Assembly: GCA_902591565.1 (NCBI GenBank)
Contig: CACJBC010000002.1
Coordinates: forward strand, 12,114-76,113
Direction: 5' to 3'
DNA length: 64,000 nucleotides
DNA from: an uncultured SAR86 cluster bacterium
GTDB taxonomy: Bacteria; Pseudomonadota; Gammaproteobacteria; Magnimaribacterales; D2472
The stretch's first letter is position 1, and each line of letters begins with the position of its first letter. The notes under the pieces are model-generated. The model worked only from the letters and a program-made list of their open reading frames with translations. It did no database searches and was not told the DNA's origin. Of this stretch, positions 28,485-38,474 are shown piece after piece. Made by a program: the position numbers and the translations under genes.

Positions 28485-29264
28485 ATGAAATTTCTACACC
28501 TATTATTTGTAATTATTAGTCTTCAAGCTTTCTCATTTAATGAAAGTAAAGATAAATTTATATCAAAGGATCCTGAAAGAATATTATTTATAGGAAATAG
28601 TTATTTATATTATAACGATAGTCTTCATAACCATTTGAGGCGAATGGTAGAGGAAGTATTTCCAAATAAGATAGATAACCTTGAATTTAAGTCGGCAACA
28701 ATTGGTGGCTCAAGATTGTCTCACCATAATATTGATCACTTACTCAATCATAAAAATCTATCTGTATCAAAACCTTTTGATTTAGTGATTCTTCAAGGTG
28801 GAAGCGGAGAAGTCCTGTCAAAAAAATCCAGAAATGAATTCGCTAAACAATCACGTAAATTAATAAAAAAAATAAGAAAAGCAGGTTCTGAGCCAGCTTT
28901 ATATATGATTCATGCTTATGGAAAATCTCATAAAAAATATGACCCTAATATGATCAATAAAGTTATTAAAACTTATGAAGCATCAGGAATGGAAAATAAC
29001 GTATTAGTTCTTCCTGTGGGTATAGCTTTTGAAAAGGCATATAAACTTGATAAGACTATAGAATTACATAAATTTTTTGATGGGTCTCATCCTGACATGC
29101 TTGGTACTTATCTCGCAGCGAGTGTTTTGTATGCAAGCATATATAAAAAGGACCCAACTTTAATTGATTATGACTACTTTGGTGCTATTAATAATGAAGA
29201 TAGAGAGTTTCTTCAAAAGGTGGCAAAAAGTACTGTAGAGGAATACTACAAAATAAAATTGTAA
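28485..29264 (+). CDS. exported SGNH/GDSL-like hydrolase (DUF4886-like)
   Basis: Signal peptide, block I as ILFIGNSYLYYN, later GGS and DGSHP blocks. Family assignment is moderate. Confidence 0.55.
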   Translation: MKFLHLLFVIISLQAFSFNESKDKFISKDPERILFIGNSYLYYNDSLHNHLRRMVEEVFPNKIDNLEFKSATIGGSRLSHHNIDHLLNHKNLSVSKPFDLVILQGGSGEVLSKKSRNEFAKQSRKLIKKIRKAGSEPALYMIHAYGKSHKKYDPNMINKVIKTYEASGMENNVLVLPVGIAFEKAYKLDKTIELHKFFDGSHPDMLGTYLAASVLYASIYKKDPTLIDYDYFGAINNEDREFLQKVAKSTVEEYYKIKL

Positions 29265-29272
29265 GGCAGCAA

Positions 29273-29551
29273 TTAAATCTCTTTAATTATTCCAGATGTT
29301 GCATTTGGTTCTTCTGCTATAGATCTAACAGATTTATATAAAATACATTCTCTTGTTTTTTCATTATAAGTAAACGCAACTGTTTTACTTTTAGTAGTTG
29401 CATAGGCGCTACATTTTTCAACAGATCTATATTTTGCTGTGTCTCTAATAACAGATATCTTACCTTTGACTGTGAAACCCTCTTTGATTTCAAGTTCTGA
29501 GATTGCTATTCCAGGAATTGTTAATATTGACGCAAGTAATAATTTTTTCAT
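29273..29551 (-). CDS. small secreted hypothetical protein
   Basis: 92 aa with AAGGA SD and a signal peptide. A weak PAN/apple-like C...AFTY...C.LY pattern has only two Cys, so it is not called. Confidence 0.5.
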   Translation of the reverse strand: MKKLLLASILTIPGIAISELEIKEGFTVKGKISVIRDTAKYRSVEKCSAYATTKSKTVAFTYNEKTRECILYKSVRSIAEEPNATSGIIKEI

Positions 29552-29636
29552 TTTTGGTCCTTTTTAATATGTTTTATAACTAAACATATAGCAATTTCTA
29601 TGCCAAAAAGAATTGGTCTTACAAATACAGTAAAGT

Positions 29637-29645
29637 TGCTATAAT
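29637..29645 (+). promoter_or_regulatory. extended -10 element TGcTATAAT, 8 nt before the amidohydrolase ATG
   Basis: TGCTATAAT at 29637-29645, then ctatacct, then ATG 29654. No SD. Confidence 0.35.
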
Positions 29646-29653
29646 CTATACCT

Positions 29654-30928
29654 ATGAAAAATTTCTATTTATATAAATATATTTTTTATTTCTTATTACT
29701 ATTAGTACCTTTACTAAAAGGCAGTGAATATGTATTGGTCCCAGATAGTTATCTTGATGTTCAAACCGGTAAGTTAGTTAAAGGAAATATTTTTATAAAA
29801 GACAATAAAATTATTGCTATTTCAGATGAAAAAAAACTCTTAGATAATAAAAAGAATATCATTTATTTAGATGGCCATGTGCTTGTCCCCGGGTTAATGG
29901 ATGCGCATGTGCACTTGATTGGCAATAATGAATTGAATGGATATCAGTCTATTGGAGAGTCTTCGCAAATGGCAACTCTCTATGGTGTTAAAAATGCTCG
30001 AAATACTCTTTTAGCAGGATTTACTACTGTAAGGAATGTAGGTGCAGGTCAATTTGCAGATGTTGCTCTAAGAGATGCAATCAAAAATGGTGTTATTGAA
30101 GGGCCAACAATGTTAGTTTCCGGCCCAACGCTAAGTATAACTGGCGGTCATGGTGATAATAATTTATTACCATTCCATAATCATGGTTCCTCTGAAAAGC
30201 ACAGTATTGTTGATAGTCCTTGGGATGCTAGAAAAGCTGTTCGAGTAAACAGAAAGTACGGAGCAAATTTAATAAAATTTACTGCAACTGGTGGAGTTAT
30301 GTCTAAAAATACTGATCCGAATGCTAGACAATTTACTTTAGAAGAAATGAAGGCAATTGTTGATGAAGCCCATAGTCACGGCATGAAAGTTGCAGCTCAT
30401 GCTCATGGATTAAAAGGTATACAAGCGGCAATTAGAGCGGGCGTGGATTCAATAGAGCACGCAAGTTTTATTGATAAGAGTGCCGTTATTGAAGCTATTA
30501 AAGGCGGCACATACTTATCAATGGATATATATGTTTCTGACTATATTTTAGGCGAGGGTGTAAAAAAAGGTATTCTTGAAGAATCATTAGAAAAAGAAAG
30601 AAAAGTTGGCAAGACTCAAAGAGAAAATTTTAAAATGGCAAACTCTATGGGAGCTAAAATGGTTTTTGGTACTGATGCTGGCATCTTTGATCATGGCGAT
30701 AATGCAAAACAATTCAAATATATGGTTAATTGGGGTATGACACCTCTACAAGCAATTCAAGCTGCAACTATTAATACGTCTGATCTTTTTGGATTAAAAA
30801 ATATTGGTGAAATTAAAGTGGGCTATGATGCTGATGTTATTGGTATAAGAGGAAATCCATTAGATGATATAACAAAGCTTGAAACTGTTATTTTTGTAAT
30901 GAAAGAAGGAAAAATATATAAACAGTAA
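29654..30928 (+). CDS. exported metal-dependent amidohydrolase (Xaa-Pro dipeptidase / imidazolonepropionase-related)
   Basis: GLMDAHVHL metal motif, KFTATGGV (carboxylated-Lys region), HAHG and FGTDAG blocks. N-terminal signal/TM. Confidence 0.8.
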   Translation: MKNFYLYKYIFYFLLLLVPLLKGSEYVLVPDSYLDVQTGKLVKGNIFIKDNKIIAISDEKKLLDNKKNIIYLDGHVLVPGLMDAHVHLIGNNELNGYQSIGESSQMATLYGVKNARNTLLAGFTTVRNVGAGQFADVALRDAIKNGVIEGPTMLVSGPTLSITGGHGDNNLLPFHNHGSSEKHSIVDSPWDARKAVRVNRKYGANLIKFTATGGVMSKNTDPNARQFTLEEMKAIVDEAHSHGMKVAAHAHGLKGIQAAIRAGVDSIEHASFIDKSAVIEAIKGGTYLSMDIYVSDYILGEGVKKGILEESLEKERKVGKTQRENFKMANSMGAKMVFGTDAGIFDHGDNAKQFKYMVNWGMTPLQAIQAATINTSDLFGLKNIGEIKVGYDADVIGIRGNPLDDITKLETVIFVMKEGKIYKQ

Positions 30929-30946
30929 TCTGATTTATATACATAC

Positions 30947-31735
30947 ATGAAAATTCCAATTTACTATCTTGATGCTTTTACTGATCAGCTTTTTTCTGGC
31001 AATCCAGCGGCAGTTATATTTTCAGACATAGATGATTCAACTTTGATGCAGAATATTGCTGCTGAAAATAATTTATCTGAAACAGCATTTATAAAAAAAA
31101 ATAATGATAGTTATTTTATAAGATGGTTTGCACCAAAATGTGAGATAGATCTATGTGGTCATGCAACACTGGCATCTGCTTATGTTTACTTTAAATACAT
31201 AGATACAAATTCATCTAAATTCATAGTTAATTCAAAAAAATATAAAAACTTATGCGTTACAAAAGAGAGTAATCTGTTATTTATAGACTTTCCTGCAGAT
31301 AATTTAGTGATACAAAATAATTTCGATGCAATAGAAAAAATGATTGGAATTAGACCTTTAGAAATATTTAAAGGAAGAGATGATTATCTAGTTATTTTGG
31401 ATTCACAGAAAACAATTGAGAATCTTAGCCCTGATTTTGCAAAATTGAGACACTTGAATTCACGTGGATTAATAGTAACTTCTCTAGGTAATGATTGTGA
31501 TTTTGTTTCAAGGTGTTTTTTTCCTAAAACAGGTGTAGATGAAGATCCGGTAACTGGTTCTGCTCATACATCACTGGTACCATATTGGGCAAAAATACAA
31601 AGAAAAAAAACATTACTTGCAAAACAGCTTTCAAGCAGAGGAGGGCAACTTTATTGTAAATATAATGAAAATAGGGTGCAAATTGGTGGAAATGTTTGTG
31701 AGTATATGAAAGGTCATATATTTGTGAAGACTTAA
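30947..31735 (+). CDS. PhzF-family isomerase
   Basis: IPIYYLDAFTDQLFSGNPAAVI, SETAFI and CGHATLAS motifs typical of PhzF/YddE. Confidence 0.85.
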   Translation: MKIPIYYLDAFTDQLFSGNPAAVIFSDIDDSTLMQNIAAENNLSETAFIKKNNDSYFIRWFAPKCEIDLCGHATLASAYVYFKYIDTNSSKFIVNSKKYKNLCVTKESNLLFIDFPADNLVIQNNFDAIEKMIGIRPLEIFKGRDDYLVILDSQKTIENLSPDFAKLRHLNSRGLIVTSLGNDCDFVSRCFFPKTGVDEDPVTGSAHTSLVPYWAKIQRKKTLLAKQLSSRGGQLYCKYNENRVQIGGNVCEYMKGHIFVKT

Positions 31736-31856
31736 TATAGCAATTTTAAGTACTTGATTGGCATTTTAAAAAATAAAAACTTGTAAAAATCAATATTCTC
31801 TAATAATATTTGAACATAAATGCATTTATTTATGCATATAAAGGTATAAATCACAT

Positions 31857-34800
31857 ATGGGGATATTTATGAAAAACCGTAATTTATTTTTTGCTGCTTT
31901 ATTAGCAGTACCATTTTACTTAACTTCTGATAATGTTATTGAGACTAATGATGTTGAAAATGAAGAAGAAGTAACAACGGAAGAAGTTTTAACAGAAGAG
32001 GAAGTTTCGAGTCAATCTGAGCCGACTTTTACATCTAATGACGATGATGTAGAAGAGGTTGTAGTTACAGGTTCCAGAATTAAAAAGAGTACTTTTTCAT
32101 CAATAGCTCCACTTCAAATTATTAATACAGAAGTATCAAGAGAAGCTGGATTGATTAATGCTGCTGATATTCTTCAAGAAAGTCCTTCAGCAAGTGGTCA
32201 ACAGGCTGATTTGTCATTCGCTGGTTTTAATCTTGATAATGGTCCTGGGTCATCAACATTATCTTTAAGAGGCTTAGGTGCTGGAAGAACACTTGTTTTG
32301 ATTAACGGAAGACGAGTTGGTCCTGCTGGTGTTGAAGGAGCACCATATGCTCCAGATCTTAATTTATTACCAAATGCTTTAATACAAAGATATGAATTAT
32401 TGCTTGATGGTGCGTCATCAGTTTATGGTTCTGACGCTATTGCTGGTGTATCAAATGCTATTTTAAGAAAAGACTTTGATGGCTTTGAATTTGAGATATA
32501 TGCAAACGACAGTCCTTATACTGGTGAATTTTTTGAAGATTATAACGTCAGCTTAAGTTACGGTATTAACTTTGATAGAGGTTTTGTTGGCATGGCTTAT
32601 GAAACTGATTACAACAAAGAAGTTCAATATGTTGATAGACCTTGGACTGCTGATTGTACTACAGACTATGAGATAACAACTGAGGGTGAAATTAGAACTA
32701 AGAATGTTTACTATAATGCCAACGATGGTGACTATGTATTAGATTGTCAGTATTCATTCACAGTAGGTAAAGTTGCAACTTATATGTCACTTGGTCCATG
32801 GACTATGGGATATCAAGAAGGTTTTGATCTTGGTTCAACATTAGGTGTAGATTTAGGACCAAATGCTGCACCATGGTTTCCTATTTCAATGGGTAATGCT
32901 GTAGATGTGGATGTTAGCCCAAGAGACGGTGTTTCTGACTATTCAAGAAAAATCTTTAATACAAACGGTAATGATCTACATTCTAGTATGTACCCTGAAT
33001 ATGAAAGAGATTCTTTCATGGCATATGGTGAGTACACATTTGATAACGCGGCTAACTCAACAATTTTCTTTGAATATTTAAAAGGTCAAAGAGAAACATT
33101 TTCTGATGTTGGCTCAAGCCAGCTTGCACCATGGGTTGCTGCAGATTACGAATATAACGTTTGTAACCCTGATAGCCCTATTGGTTTTGACTGTGGTGAG
33201 TTGGGAGGAGCCCTTTATTCTAATCCTGATTTTATTCAAGATTCTAATGACAGATATACTAGTTTATATGGAGCATGGACATCTCCTTATGGTTGGTACA
33301 ATGTTTGTCCTGGAGTAACATATGGTGCTCTTGGAATGACTTACACTGGAGAGATAAGTGATGCTCAAGCGGCTGCTTGTGCAGCAGATACTGAAAATGG
33401 ATGGCTTTATGGCGCTGTTACCAGTAATATTTACTGGGGCACAAGTCCGGATAATGTTGGTCCTGAAGGAAGTTTAAATTCATCTTCTGTTTATTGTTAC
33501 TTCTTTGCTTATGTATATGGTGAGTCATGCTTGACTGGTCCTGGAGCAATTCCTACTCAACCATTTGTGAGTATTGTTGGCGATAGAACAGCGGTTAGAA
33601 CAAAAGTTGAGCAGGAAAGATTTGTTGTAGGATCATCGGGTGATATACCAGTTGAAATAAATGGATTCAATGATTGGACCTATGAAGTTTCATATACTTC
33701 TACTGAATCATCTGGGCTATCTTATAGACAAGGTGTTAGAGGAGATAGGCTAGCATTTGCATTGGGTTACGACCCAAGTGGCCCATTCGGTACTAACCCT
33801 ACACAAGGGACAATAAATGGTTCATCATTAACACCTCTTCCTAATGGTCCTTGTAATGCTGAAGGTTCAATAGGTGAAATCAGACAAGATGTTATTGACG
33901 GATGTGTTCTTGTTAACTTATTTGCGCCAAGTGTATTTGCTGGTGTAACAGGTGATTTTGCAACTGCAGCTGAAAGAGACTACTTATTTGCTGAGTCTGT
34001 ATTTGATACTGTCATTAATCAAGAAGTTATGTCTGCATATGCAACAGGTACTATTATGAGTGCGCCTGCTGGCGACATAGCAATGGTAATAGGTATTGAA
34101 AAACAAAATCTTGAAATTAATTCAATACCTGATTTTATCGCTGATGAAGGCCTATTAGTTGACTTTACCTCAAATGGAGGTGCTAAAGGTGAGCAAATTG
34201 TCGAAGAAGCATTCTTTGAGTTTGGTGTGCCTTTACTTGCTGGCGCTAGGTTTGCAGAGGAACTTAATTTAGAGTTCTCAGGAAGACATACGCAAACCAC
34301 TAATAAAAATGGCTATAAAGGAACTGAATCTGTTGATAGCGGTAAAACCTTTAGTATAAAAATGTCTTATAGACCTATTGATGATTTATTGTTAAGAGCA
34401 ACAAGAGGTACAGCTTTTAGAGCACCAAATCTAAGAGAAACTGCTCTAAGAGATGAAGTTGATTCCATTAATGTTTATGACTATTGTTACGCTCCAAGAG
34501 CAGCAGTGGCACTAGACAATGAAACAGGTCAGTACACATATTTTAGAGATAGAGACTTCAGAGATGAGCAGACAATTAATAATTGTATAGCTGCTGGTCT
34601 TGATCCAGTAAATATGGGACATACTTTATTTACTAGTAATCCATCAAGAAGCGCTAATCCATATTCAGCAGAATATTTAACAGGCGGAGCAGTGGGCTTA
34701 AATAGTGAAACTTCCGACAGTATTACATATGGACTTGTTTATGACATTCCATATGCAAACTTATTTGCTAACTATGATGGTACACAAAATACAACAATTG

Positions 34801-35630
34801 GTATTACAAGATATGAGTTAACCGTTGAGGATTCAATCATTGAATTATCTCCTGGTTATATTAATTATCAGTGTTATGTTAAAAGTAATCAGCTAGACAG
34901 TCCTTTTTGTGACAAAATTACTAGAGATGCTGATACCGGAGATATATTATCAGTTACTACTGGTTTCTTAAACAGAGACCAAGAAACTGCAAACGGTGTT
35001 GATATTAATATACTTCATACATCAACATTAAATATTGGTACTAATGCATACGATTTTGGTATTGACGTAACCGCTAATACAATTAGAGAAAGAGGTCTAT
35101 TGTATGTTAATGATGATGGGGGTGTGACTTGGAATGAATATACATCTGAGCCTGGTTTCCCAGAGTGGAATATTTTCACAAGAGCTTTTGTTGAGCTTGG
35201 TGATTTCAGATTAACATGGCAGACAAATTATCTTTCAAGAGTTGATCAGGATCCAGAAGATGTAGATTCATGGGGTAGTGCTTATGGATTTGGTCAACTT
35301 AATCCAGATACAGGTAATCGTGAAATAATTACATCTGATACTTGTTATGGTACGACTAAGGATGCGGAAGCAAATGATATAACTCAAGTTGAAGTTGGTG
35401 ATGTCCTATGTAGAGATGTTGGTTTTATCACATCATATGTTACTCACAACATGTCACTTTATTACTACAAAGATAATTTGATTATAGGTCTGGGTGCTAG
35501 AAATGTATTTGACAAAGAGCCACCAATGGTAGACCCAAGTGAAATTGATTCAAAAAGTAATGCTCCACTTGGCTATGGATATAGTCTAAATGGAAGAAGT
35601 TATTTCTTTAACGTTCAATATGATTTTTAA
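31857..35630 (+). CDS. TonB-dependent outer-membrane receptor (very large, ~1250 aa)
   Basis: Signal peptide, acidic linker, TonB box EEVVVTGSRI, plug (LRGLGAGRTLVLINGRR) and a long barrel ending ...YFFNVQYDF. An alternative start at ATG 31869 is equally possible. Confidence 0.9.
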   Translation: MGIFMKNRNLFFAALLAVPFYLTSDNVIETNDVENEEEVTTEEVLTEEEVSSQSEPTFTSNDDDVEEVVVTGSRIKKSTFSSIAPLQIINTEVSREAGLINAADILQESPSASGQQADLSFAGFNLDNGPGSSTLSLRGLGAGRTLVLINGRRVGPAGVEGAPYAPDLNLLPNALIQRYELLLDGASSVYGSDAIAGVSNAILRKDFDGFEFEIYANDSPYTGEFFEDYNVSLSYGINFDRGFVGMAYETDYNKEVQYVDRPWTADCTTDYEITTEGEIRTKNVYYNANDGDYVLDCQYSFTVGKVATYMSLGPWTMGYQEGFDLGSTLGVDLGPNAAPWFPISMGNAVDVDVSPRDGVSDYSRKIFNTNGNDLHSSMYPEYERDSFMAYGEYTFDNAANSTIFFEYLKGQRETFSDVGSSQLAPWVAADYEYNVCNPDSPIGFDCGELGGALYSNPDFIQDSNDRYTSLYGAWTSPYGWYNVCPGVTYGALGMTYTGEISDAQAAACAADTENGWLYGAVTSNIYWGTSPDNVGPEGSLNSSSVYCYFFAYVYGESCLTGPGAIPTQPFVSIVGDRTAVRTKVEQERFVVGSSGDIPVEINGFNDWTYEVSYTSTESSGLSYRQGVRGDRLAFALGYDPSGPFGTNPTQGTINGSSLTPLPNGPCNAEGSIGEIRQDVIDGCVLVNLFAPSVFAGVTGDFATAAERDYLFAESVFDTVINQEVMSAYATGTIMSAPAGDIAMVIGIEKQNLEINSIPDFIADEGLLVDFTSNGGAKGEQIVEEAFFEFGVPLLAGARFAEELNLEFSGRHTQTTNKNGYKGTESVDSGKTFSIKMSYRPIDDLLLRATRGTAFRAPNLRETALRDEVDSINVYDYCYAPRAAVALDNETGQYTYFRDRDFRDEQTINNCIAAGLDPVNMGHTLFTSNPSRSANPYSAEYLTGGAVGLNSETSDSITYGLVYDIPYANLFANYDGTQNTTIGITRYELTVEDSIIELSPGYINYQCYVKSNQLDSPFCDKITRDADTGDILSVTTGFLNRDQETANGVDINILHTSTLNIGTNAYDFGIDVTANTIRERGLLYVNDDGGVTWNEYTSEPGFPEWNIFTRAFVELGDFRLTWQTNYLSRVDQDPEDVDSWGSAYGFGQLNPDTGNREIITSDTCYGTTKDAEANDITQVEVGDVLCRDVGFITSYVTHNMSLYYYKDNLIIGLGARNVFDKEPPMVDPSEIDSKSNAPLGYGYSLNGRSYFFNVQYDF

Positions 35631-35644
35631 TTAAAAGTAACCAT

Positions 35645-35677
35645 AAAGAGCACATTTTTAATGTGCTCTTTTTTTTT
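35645..35677 (+). terminator. rho-independent terminator
   Basis: AAAGAGCACAT-loop-ATGTGCTCTTT followed by a T-run. Confidence 0.8.
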
Positions 35678-35690
35678 GTAGAATATAAAA

Positions 35691-37637
35691 ATGAAACTTA
35701 AATTATTTTTACCTGTTTTTTTTATAATAAATATTTCTGCTGATCCATATCCTATAGATTATTGGGCTGTTGATCCTGGAATGAGTAATGTAAATGTTTC
35801 CTTGAACGGCAAATATATTTCATATGAAAAAAAAGCTTCCAAACGTTCTGATGTTCAATTAGAAATACTTCAAACAGATAACTTAAGTGCAGAACCATTT
35901 GTTGTTACTGGTGATGTAATGGAAATTATTACTTCAGACTGGGTTGGTGACGATCAATTGATTATAATTTTTAGACAGCAAGTAAGAGACTCTATTGAAG
36001 GATTTAACCAAGGAATCTATAGTTATAAAGCAGTTAAATTAGATTTAAATACAAAAAAATTTACTGAATTAGATAAAAATCGTACCGTTGGCTCAGGTAA
36101 AGTTTTTAGTACAAGGGTTACCAATGTTTTACCAGATGATCCGAATACTATTTTAATAAGCTACGCTGAAGCACAAAGAGGTCAAACATTTAGGAACGCA
36201 AGTTACTATAAATATAATCTTAAAACTGGTAAAAAAAGACTTGTTTTAAAGGGTAACGAAAAATATTTCAATGTTCAGTTTGATAACGATGCTAATCCTA
36301 TATCTTCAACTGGATATGATGAGAGATCAAAAGAGTACATATACTACACTCGGGAGCCAGGAAGCTCATCTTGGGTTGAAGCATATAGACAATCAATCAA
36401 TGACTATGAAGATTTTGAAATTGTAAGTACATATGTTGATGACAATAAATCTAAAGTTTATGTCATTGCAAATAATGGTGAAGATAAAACAGGACTTTGG
36501 TTATATGATTTAAAAAATAAGAAGTATATATCAAAGATATACTCTGATAATGTTAAAGACCTTAATGGACCACTTTATCATTACAATCAGGCAAAATATC
36601 CTAATGAGTTTATTGGAGTCACAACTTTTAAAGATAGGTTTAAGAGAATTTTTCTTAACAATGACCTTACTTTTGAAGTTGAAGCATTATATTATCAATT
36701 AGAAGAAATAATACCTAACAGCCATACTGTATCAATAGTTTCATCAGATTATGATTCCAAAACTTTTGTAGTAAAAAATACCGCTCCTAATGATCCAGGA
36801 TCATATTATTTAATACATAACAATCAAATAACATATCTTGGAAATGAAAAGCCTTTTTTAAAATCAGAAGATTTGGCTTCTCTAAGTTATATTTCATATC
36901 CATCCTCAGATGGTCAGATAATCTATGCATATGTTCATACTCCTAAAGGCAATGGCCCACATCCACTAGTAGTTATGCCCCATGGAGGTCCGTTTGTTGA
37001 AGAAAGAATTTTATTTGATGAATGGCCACAATTTTTTGCAAATAATGGTTATATGGTTATTCAACCTCAGTATAGGGGGTCGTATGGCTATGGAATTGAT
37101 TTTCATAAGAAAGCTTTCATAAATGGCGGAGAAGGCGGAAAAAAAATGCAAGATGATTTAGATTATGGAGCAAAATACTTAATTGAAAAAGGTCAAGTTG
37201 ATAAAGATAATGTATACATGTTTGGATGGTCGTACGGCGGTTATACAAGCTTAATCGCATCAATGAATAAAGAGAAATTGTATAAATGTACTGTTGCTGG
37301 TGCAGCCGTTGCAGATTTAATCCAACAATACAACTATTATGGAAGTCGCTTAGATGGTGCTCAAAAAGTGCGTCAAGAGGCGTATAGTAAAGATTCTGTA
37401 AATCCAATTGACCACATTGATGAAATCAAAGTTCCATTATTAATTATTCATGGAGATAACGATCAGAGAGTTCCAATAAAACACGCATATAAATTTGTTG
37501 AGGAATTAAATAAAAAAAATATAGAACATGAGTTTATTGTGCTTGAAGGTGCCGATCACTTTCTTGGCACTATCGGATATGAAAACATGTTAAACATGTG
37601 GGATTCATCTTTAAAATTTATAAAAAATTGTAATTAA
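35691..37637 (+). CDS. exported S9-family serine peptidase (prolyl oligopeptidase / dipeptidyl aminopeptidase-like)
   Basis: N-terminal signal peptide plus beta-propeller-like region. C-terminal alpha/beta hydrolase with GWSYGG nucleophile, GDNDQRV Asp and GADH His. Confidence 0.85.
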   Translation: MKLKLFLPVFFIINISADPYPIDYWAVDPGMSNVNVSLNGKYISYEKKASKRSDVQLEILQTDNLSAEPFVVTGDVMEIITSDWVGDDQLIIIFRQQVRDSIEGFNQGIYSYKAVKLDLNTKKFTELDKNRTVGSGKVFSTRVTNVLPDDPNTILISYAEAQRGQTFRNASYYKYNLKTGKKRLVLKGNEKYFNVQFDNDANPISSTGYDERSKEYIYYTREPGSSSWVEAYRQSINDYEDFEIVSTYVDDNKSKVYVIANNGEDKTGLWLYDLKNKKYISKIYSDNVKDLNGPLYHYNQAKYPNEFIGVTTFKDRFKRIFLNNDLTFEVEALYYQLEEIIPNSHTVSIVSSDYDSKTFVVKNTAPNDPGSYYLIHNNQITYLGNEKPFLKSEDLASLSYISYPSSDGQIIYAYVHTPKGNGPHPLVVMPHGGPFVEERILFDEWPQFFANNGYMVIQPQYRGSYGYGIDFHKKAFINGGEGGKKMQDDLDYGAKYLIEKGQVDKDNVYMFGWSYGGYTSLIASMNKEKLYKCTVAGAAVADLIQQYNYYGSRLDGAQKVRQEAYSKDSVNPIDHIDEIKVPLLIIHGDNDQRVPIKHAYKFVEELNKKNIEHEFIVLEGADHFLGTIGYENMLNMWDSSLKFIKNCN

Positions 37638-38215
37638 AACAGTGTTGTCATTTTTTTAAAATGATATCTACAAACAGGCTTATATATGTCTTTACTTGAA
37701 GTATCAATAGGCATACCTTTTGTATCAGCAATTCCATCTTGGTCAATTCTAATTGTCATAGTTGCTTTATTTGTGCAATAACTACAAATAGTTTTAAGCT
37801 CATGAAGGTTATCAGCAATTGATAAAAGCCTTGAACTGCCTTCAAATAAATTGCCTTTAAAATCAGTTCTTAAACCATAGCACATAACAGTAATATTCAG
37901 ATCGTCTGCAATATTAGATAATTGATTTACCTGATCTTCTTTTAGAAATTGTGCCTCATCCACAAAAATACATTTTAATTTCTCAGAATTATGTTTTTTT
38001 ACATAAGATAAAAAATTAAAGTTTTTATCTGCAATAACAGCCTCTCTTTGAATTCCAATCCTAGAGGTGATAGTAAGTTGATTATTTTTTTTTATTGGTT
38101 GAGGTAAGAATAAAATAGTTAAAAGATTATTTTCTTCAAAATTATGATTTGATTGCAGTAAAGCTGTTGATTTGCCTGCATTCATTGATGAATAAAAAAA
38201 ATGTAGTTTTGCCAT
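37634..38215 (-). CDS. tdk: thymidine kinase
   Basis: MAKLHFFYSSMNAGKSTALLQ and VDEAQFL, CYGLRTDF, and a C-terminal Cys cluster. Collinear with E. coli Tdk. Confidence 0.92.
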   Translation of the reverse strand: MAKLHFFYSSMNAGKSTALLQSNHNFEENNLLTILFLPQPIKKNNQLTITSRIGIQREAVIADKNFNFLSYVKKHNSEKLKCIFVDEAQFLKEDQVNQLSNIADDLNITVMCYGLRTDFKGNLFEGSSRLLSIADNLHELKTICSYCTNKATMTIRIDQDGIADTKGMPIDTSSKDIYKPVCRYHFKKMTTLF

Positions 38216-38237
38216 ATAAATTTTATAATATCAAAGT

Positions 38238-38474
38238 ATGAATGTATTTGAAGAAAAAGGTATCACTCATTTAGATCTGCATGGTGAAAAACATCAATTT
38301 GTAAAAGAGATAATTATTGATTTTATTTATAGATATCAAGATAAAATACCCCTAATTATTATTTGTGGTAATAGCAATAAAATGATTAATTTAGCTCTTG
38401 ATGTTTTAAAACAAAATAATATCAAAGGTAGTTGTCCAAGATATGGTATCTTAAGAGTTGAACACTTAGGATAA
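38238..38474 (+). CDS. small Smr-domain-like protein
   Basis: 78 aa. The LDLHGEKHQFVKEII...PLIIICGNS pattern resembles the Smr domain (LDLHG...hG.G). Immediately followed by gcdH (TAAATG junction). Confidence 0.55.
   Translation: MNVFEEKGITHLDLHGEKHQFVKEIIIDFIYRYQDKIPLIIICGNSNKMINLALDVLKQNNIKGSCPRYGILRVEHLG

Noticed and set aside
31770-31856. Fur-box-like or other operator upstream of the second TBDR (AATATT...AATATT, AAATGCATTT, TATGCATA palindromes)
   Set aside because: These are short AT-only palindromes expected by chance in this composition. None approaches the 19-bp Fur consensus GATAATGATAATCATTATC.
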